DNA of 48,688 bases from a virus (taxonomy: Duplodnaviria; Caudoviricetes), in the IMG/VR virus record IMGVR_UViG_3300044631_002939, positions 1-48,688 of that record. One strand, 5' to 3'. Shown here piece by piece: positions 45,664-48,688 of this stretch (positions are counted from its first letter, which is position 1; each line of letters starts with the position of its first letter). The position numbers and the translations under genes were made by a program. The notes under the pieces are model-generated. The model worked only from the letters and a program-made list of their open reading frames with translations. It was not told where the DNA came from and ran no database searches.

Positions 45664-47127
45664 ATGGTATCGCTAATTGTCCGACCGCCCAGTATCGTTG
45701 ATTGGTATTCACCGGATCCGCTGATTGGTGGCCCGGCCAAGGCCAACCCATGGGATTCGCTGCCTGGGAAGTGGCCAGATTTTGCGGCGCAAACCCAGAT
45801 TGCCTCTGGCGGCAAGTACATCCCTTTTATACCGTTTGCTGCTCAGCGGGAGCTGATAAAAATACATCGCAAGGTGCAAAATGTTTACGTTTTGAAGAGC
45901 CGGCAGACAGGGATCTCCGAGACAGTGATCAGCTACAAGTTGTGTCAAGCCTGCCGCCGGCCGGCCTGGACTGGGGTGGTGTTCAGCAAGACCGGCGATG
46001 ACGCCAGCGAGCTGGCGGGCCGCATCAAGGGGCAGGCGGCTTCACTTCGCGATCGGTGCCCGAAGTTTGCCAAGGAATCAGCCAGGAAGCTCGTCTTTGC
46101 CGGCTTTGGCGCGTTGCATTTTTTGCCGCCCACCGAGCGAGCCGCCAGGGGAATCCCGTCTGCCGCCTCAATCCTGTTTGACGAAGCGGCCTTTATCACC
46201 AAATTGTCCGGCATTGAGCAGGGCGCATTGCCATCCACGTCGATGCTGGGCGACATGGCCCGCCATCTATGGATTACCACGCCAAATGGCCGCAGCGGCA
46301 CCTTCTCAGACCATTGGCACGAAGACCACGGTGAGGTGGTGGTGGATCCCACGCCCATGGGGGTTAATGGCATCCCTAGGCTGCGCATCTCTCCCGACAA
46401 TCAATACGCCAAAGTTTGCATTCATTATTCCCAGCACCCAGTATATAGTCAGGATCCAGATTTTGCAGCAAAAACAAAGCGAGCCCGCCAATTAACTGAG
46501 CAAAAATATCGCAGTGAATACGAACTCGACTTCACCGCATCTGACTACGAAATATACGCTCACGATCTGATCGAGCTGGCGGAGGCTGCAGGGGGCTGGG
46601 ATGCACCTACCTGGGGCCATAACTATGTGCTCGGCATTGATCCAAACGGCGGCGGCAACGATGCCTTCTGCGGTCTGGTGCTTGATGTATCCGAGAGCCC
46701 CTGGCGGGTGGTGGCCGGGTTCAACGAAGCCGGCTGCAGCCGGGATTACGGACTGCAGCGCTGCGCCAGGCTAATTGATGAATATCAGCCCACTCTGGTG
46801 GTGGTGGAAAAAAACGGGGTTGGGGCAGCAGTTGGGGAGGCTCTGTGTCTGCTGCGGCCAGGCACCGAACTGGAAGAGGTTTACACATCCGGCCCCAGCA
46901 AAATCATGATGAGCGATCGGCTGGTGCTGCTGCTAGAGCAGGGCGAGCTCACGATTCCCCCCAACAGCTACGTGGGCCAGCAGATGCGCAATTTTCGCCA
47001 AACAGAAACGGGCGACCGCAAAGCCGCCCCAGGTCACCACGATGACGCGGTAATGGCCCTGGCCATGGCCGGGCATGCCGGCGCCAGGATACGGCCGCTA
47101 ATGAACAGCTGGATTACAATGATTTAG
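45664..47127 (+). CDS. terL: Terminase large subunit
   Basis: Walker A LKSRQTGIS, Walker B ILFDEAAF, TTPNG, nuclease motifs GIDP, VEKNGVG, HDDAVMALA. Confidence 0.93.
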   Translation: MVSLIVRPPSIVDWYSPDPLIGGPAKANPWDSLPGKWPDFAAQTQIASGGKYIPFIPFAAQRELIKIHRKVQNVYVLKSRQTGISETVISYKLCQACRRPAWTGVVFSKTGDDASELAGRIKGQAASLRDRCPKFAKESARKLVFAGFGALHFLPPTERAARGIPSAASILFDEAAFITKLSGIEQGALPSTSMLGDMARHLWITTPNGRSGTFSDHWHEDHGEVVVDPTPMGVNGIPRLRISPDNQYAKVCIHYSQHPVYSQDPDFAAKTKRARQLTEQKYRSEYELDFTASDYEIYAHDLIELAEAAGGWDAPTWGHNYVLGIDPNGGGNDAFCGLVLDVSESPWRVVAGFNEAGCSRDYGLQRCARLIDEYQPTLVVVEKNGVGAAVGEALCLLRPGTELEEVYTSGPSKIMMSDRLVLLLEQGELTIPPNSYVGQQMRNFRQTETGDRKAAPGHHDDAVMALAMAGHAGARIRPLMNSWITMI

Positions 47128-47429
47128 CTGTTGTGGGATTCACGGTAGCGGCGATGACAGCCTCTGGATCTGAAAACCCAAATAGCGGCAAAAAATAAAA
47201 CGGCTGATTGTTTGCACGCATAAAAACGGCGCCTTGAATCTCAAGGGAAGCCCCGGCCGCTGCCCCGGCCGCTTCCCAGGCCGCTTCCCCGGCCGCTTCC
47301 CAGGCCGCTGGCGTCATGCGATCCAGATGTCGCCAAAAGGCCAGAACTATCCAGCCAGCGAGCGGCGAGGCTGAAGCCTCCAATGCCGCTGAAGGTGTCA
47401 ATCATGCGGAGGGGCACAGCTGAAGCCAT
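47114..47429 (-). pseudogene. Chimeric relic: N-terminus of a C5 cytosine methyltransferase joined out of frame to the C-terminus of an AAWEAA-repeat protein
   Basis: LRMIDTFSGIGGFSLAARW (motif I FxGxGG) breaks off after ~26 aa. Another frame reads VLAFWRHLD...AAWEAA...EIQGA...FYFLPLFGF. Confidence 0.65.
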
Positions 47430-47443
47430 TGATCTGTGGTGTT

Positions 47444-47466
47444 GGGGCCCCTGAATCAGGGGCCCC
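47444..47466. other. GC-rich intergenic inverted repeat
   Basis: GGGGCCCCTGA-A-TCAGGGGCCCC between two minus-strand genes. Confidence 0.8.
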
Positions 47467-47473
47467 TTCGGGA

Positions 47474-48013
47474 TCAGGCCGCCATGCCCTGGGGGTACGG
47501 GCGGCGGCGCACCAGGTCGGCCACGGCGTCGTCATCCCAGCCATCGGCCTGGAGCCAGCCGGCCAGTGAGACACGGCGGCGGGGGGCAGGGGCCAACACC
47601 GGCAGATGGGGGGCTGCTGGGGCTGTGGGCGCCACTGGTGCGGTTGGCTGCTGTTCGGCTGGCTGTTCGGCTGGCTGCTCAGCCCTTGGCACATCAGCAT
47701 CCTGCTGGTGCCGGGTGGGATCGGCCAGATCCCCGGCGATGGCGGCCATCCAGTTGTTGACGGCCTCCACCGCCAGGCGGGTGGCGCGGCCTGCCTGCCA
47801 TGTGCCCAGCACGAGGGCACCGGCGAGCTCGACGGCCAGCCAGATGGCGGCGATCACCGGCAGGGTGCGCTCGGCCGCGGCCTTCAGGTGCTGGCCCCAA
47901 TCGGCGCGGGCAACCGTTTGCAGGTGAGGGGCAGAAGCCCTGGCCGCTGTCTCGACAGAGACCGCAGCGGCTTCAATTGTGGCGAGGAAACTTGTGGCGA
48001 GGGAACTGGTCAT
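47474..48013 (-). CDS. Hypothetical early protein with a hydrophobic segment
   Basis: 179 aa; ATG follows module copy 4. LPVIAAIWLAVELAGALVLG segment and AEQP repeats. Confidence 0.7.
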   Translation of the reverse strand: MTSSLATSFLATIEAAAVSVETAARASAPHLQTVARADWGQHLKAAAERTLPVIAAIWLAVELAGALVLGTWQAGRATRLAVEAVNNWMAAIAGDLADPTRHQQDADVPRAEQPAEQPAEQQPTAPVAPTAPAAPHLPVLAPAPRRRVSLAGWLQADGWDDDAVADLVRRRPYPQGMAA

Positions 48014-48020
48014 TTCTTTT

Positions 48021-48073
48021 GTTGGTGGTGGGGCTCCTCAGCCCCGGTGAATAAATGGTAACACGCCCGTAAC
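48021..48073 (-). promoter_or_regulatory. Repeated early promoter/stem-loop module, copy 4
   Basis: CGTTACGGGCGTG-T-TACCAT (extended -10; -35 degenerate), hairpin GGGGCT-GAGG-AGCCCC, ACCACCAAC. Confidence 0.82.
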
Positions 48074-48456
48074 GCAACCCCGAGGCGTGGGGTCAAATTC
48101 ATTTACGAAACGCAATGTTTGGCCTGGCCGTTCTTGGTGGTGGACGCCAATGGGGGCTGCTCAGGGTTTTGGATGGCTTTGTTGGCCAATAAACCACGGT
48201 CAGCCGTTCGATTTCTGGCCAGGGGCTACCGGGTTCCCTAGCCTGGCCCTGCCAATGCGCAAGTCAGGTGCAGGTCACTGCGGCAATCATGGTGTTGTGG
48301 ATTTTGTATTGCGCCAGCTGCTTTTGGAGCTGGCATCGACCTGCCCGGCTGTCGCTGCGAAATCGGGCCCTGGCTCTGGCCGCCGGCTCTGGCCGCCGCA
48401 GGGCTCGATACCGGAGCCAGGTCCGGCACGTGAATCGGGCCTGGCTAGCCAAGCCG

Positions 48457-48687
48457 CTAGCCAGGCAGCAATGAGAGCTGCAATTGCTGGCAGGCTGCCG
48501 GCACTGGAGCCAGCGCCGCGCCATAGCCCACCTGCAAGCCGGCATCCTGCTGGGCTACCAATGCCTGCAGGTGAGCTATGGCGCGGCGCTTGAGTTCTCC
48601 CACCGCGCTCACCGAAATATTCAGGATCTGGGCCACCTCGACTCGGGGCACCTCCTCCACCACTCGCAGCTCCCATACCTGGCGTTC
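48457..48687 (-). CDS. Sigma-70-family factor, region 4 (5'-truncated by window)
   Basis: ERQVWELRVVEEVPRVEVAQILNISVSAVGELKRRAIAHLQ, a sigma70 r4-type HTH. Confidence 0.7.
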   Translation of the reverse strand, partial: ERQVWELRVVEEVPRVEVAQILNISVSAVGELKRRAIAHLQALVAQQDAGLQVGYGAALAPVPAACQQLQLSLLPG

Positions 48688-48688
48688 G

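Noticed and set aside
48087-48456. ORFs between promoter copy 4 and the sigma gene
   Set aside because: Several overlapping frames, none with convincing protein-like features.
1-48688. tRNA, rRNA or IS elements
   Set aside because: No cloverleaf, rRNA-like tract or transposase recognised by eye; a covariance-model scan would be needed to exclude small RNAs.

Overview
The whole window is a segment of a GC-rich temperate long-tailed (siphovirus-like) phage. The host is probably a picocyanobacterium (Cyanobium/Synechococcus type); this is inferred from gene-family resemblance only. Gene order: polyvalent LPD1/zincin protein (5'-truncated) and an ADP-ribosyltransferase; a small leftward island of orphan genes plus an XRE HTH gene; head genes (DUF2213 protease/scaffold, decoration protein, DUF2184-type major capsid); head-tail genes; tail tube; chaperones with a -1 frameshift; tape measure with an embedded lysozyme; tail tip and fibre genes; a leftward M15 endolysin; ERF recombinase and endonuclease; a replication initiator with iterons; a large serine integrase beside an apparently intact attP; a ParB-like gene; early cassettes including a DUF1874/AcrIII-1 anti-CRISPR ring nuclease; terminase; a methyltransferase relic; and a truncated sigma-70-like gene. 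No portal gene lies in the window. The strongest signals are: (1) four copies of a promoter + putative operator + covarying stem-loop module, each heading a different small gene, one being AcrIII-1, which suggests a modular early anti-defence cassette system; (2) an R-x-D-(A/S/G) motif shared by protease/scaffold, capsid N-terminus, the ART and the polyvalent protein, a candidate maturation or packaging signal; (3) a candidate late-promoter motif; (4) a 48-bp attP. All family assignments come from motif recognition by eye; no searches were run.
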